Source: a virus (Duplodnaviria > Caudoviricetes). From it: 45,587 nt of DNA. The notes beneath the pieces are model-generated. The model ran no database searches. It was not told the DNA's origin and worked only from the letters and a program-made list of their open reading frames with translations. Shown piece by piece: positions 44,780-45,587 of the stretch (within the stretch, counting starts at the first letter, position 1; each line of letters opens with the position of its first letter). The DNA lies in IMG/VR virus record IMGVR_UViG_3300024259_000058, positions 1 to 45,587 of that record. One strand, written 5' to 3'. The translations under genes and the position numbers were made by a program.

Positions 44780-45162
44780 AAACAAATTTTAATTCCTAAT
44801 TTAATACAGTCTTCTATAGAGATACTCCTTTTTTTAGGGGTATCTTTTAGTTTATAGACTGTATGTATATCTAATAGATAACAGATCTTCTTTTGTCTTG
44901 GCTTGTAGAACATTATTGCTACATAGGCTGGGCAATGAGTCCAGACACAGAAGTCAAAAGGTTTATAGCCAAGACTCATATCAGAAATCTTGTGTGTTTG
45001 TATTCCAAACTTAGCTTTATCTAGGGCTGGTAACTGGTGTGGTTCAAACTTACTAAATGGCAATGTATTTGTCTTGGTTATTTTAAGCTCATAGACAGCT
45101 GTTTCAACGGCGTTCTTCTTCATCCATTTAGTGAATAACGACTGGAATTGTGTTTCTTTCAT
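44776..45162 (-). CDS. PD-(D/E)XK nuclease, RecU/Holliday-junction-resolvase-like
   Basis: KETQFQ, YELK, PFS...HQ, HKISD...PFD; ATG at 45162 overlaps helicase stop. Confidence 0.65.
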   Translation of the reverse strand: MKETQFQSLFTKWMKKNAVETAVYELKITKTNTLPFSKFEPHQLPALDKAKFGIQTHKISDMSLGYKPFDFCVWTHCPAYVAIMFYKPRQKKICYLLDIHTVYKLKDTPKKRSISIEDCIKLGIKICL

Positions 45163-45587
45163 AGTATCTCCCAATTATTTTTATTATAAAATTGTTGTCT
45201 TTTTAAGAATTGTCTATGGAATATTGGATTAGTGTAGTCGTGAATGTCTATTACTTTCGGGTTCTTTTTATCTTTAAATATACGTAAAATTCTACCAACA
45301 GACTGCTCAGTAAGAACATCAGACTTAATATCGCCAGCGAAAATAATGGTATCAAGTGCTGGTATGTCCACACCTGTTGAAAGCATACTATAAGTGCCAA
45401 CAATAACATTGAAGCTAATAGTATTGTCACGTAGGTTTTTAAGCAACTTGTCTCGGTCTTTTTGTTTGTCTTTTGATGATATGGCATAAGTTTTACTAAG
45501 CAATTTATTCTGTATCTTTTCAAAATGTTCTATTCTTTTTGTTAAAATCAATATCTTCCGATTTTTTAATATTTCTAATTGAGTAAA
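45159..45587 (-). CDS. SF2 helicase, C-terminal HELICc part, open to window end
   Basis: ILTKRIEH, GTYSMLSTGVDIPALDTII (motif V), QSVGRILR (motif VI); frame open to 45587. Confidence 0.88.
   Translation of the reverse strand, partial: FTQLEILKNRKILILTKRIEHFEKIQNKLLSKTYAISSKDKQKDRDKLLKNLRDNTISFNVIVGTYSMLSTGVDIPALDTIIFAGDIKSDVLTEQSVGRILRIFKDKKNPKVIDIHDYTNPIFHRQFLKRQQFYNKNNWEIL

Larger units (their letters stand above)
1..45587. mobile_element. Near-complete tailed dsDNA phage genome (Caudoviricetes, podovirus-like)
   Basis: terS-terL-portal-scaffold-MCP plus adaptor/nozzle/ejection-type genes, no tape measure or tail tube; divergent early and late arms; no host housekeeping genes. Confidence 0.95.

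Noticed and set aside
1-45587. Stop-codon reassignment (TGA or TAG)
   Set aside because: Core genes are full length in code 11, and TGA/TAG end genes at sensible, often overlapping, boundaries
1-45587. Integrase, DGR/retron reverse transcriptase, tRNA or DNA polymerase
   Set aside because: No supporting motifs seen by eye; a tRNAscan and HMM search would be needed to exclude them fully

Overview
This window is almost certainly a near-complete (~46 kb), AT-rich tailed dsDNA phage genome with a podovirus-type virion module, opened inside an SF2 helicase gene (N-terminus at 1-207, C-terminus at 45159-45587, middle missing). The left arm (minus strand, 1-12.2 kb, continuing from 44.65-45.59 kb) holds early and replication genes: SF3/D5 helicase, stand-alone primase ZBD-like protein, PD-(D/E)XK exonuclease, SSB, two adenine MTases, two HTH proteins, YopX and many small ORFs. 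A control region (10.6-13.8 kb) has consensus sigma70 promoters, DnaA-like boxes, operator-like palindromes and an origin-like nested inverted repeat. The right arm (plus strand, 13.8-44.66 kb) runs terS, terL, portal, scaffold, decoration, major capsid, a ~15 kb accessory block, then adaptor, nozzle, fibre and two ejection-type proteins. Five HNH endonuclease genes are scattered through the genome. I saw no integrase, DNA polymerase, tRNA or CRISPR. Sigma70 promoters with almost no Shine-Dalgarno sites suggest a Patescibacteria/CPR-like host (inference). The most striking candidate system is a phage-encoded, mucin-type protein O-glycosylation locus. Two glycosyltransferases carry motifs of polypeptide GalNAc-transferases (GT27), and with a third GT-A domain and a SAM methyltransferase they lie just upstream of a virion-type adhesin with a ~400 aa Ser/Pro stalk. 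All family calls come from motif recognition by eye, not database searches.
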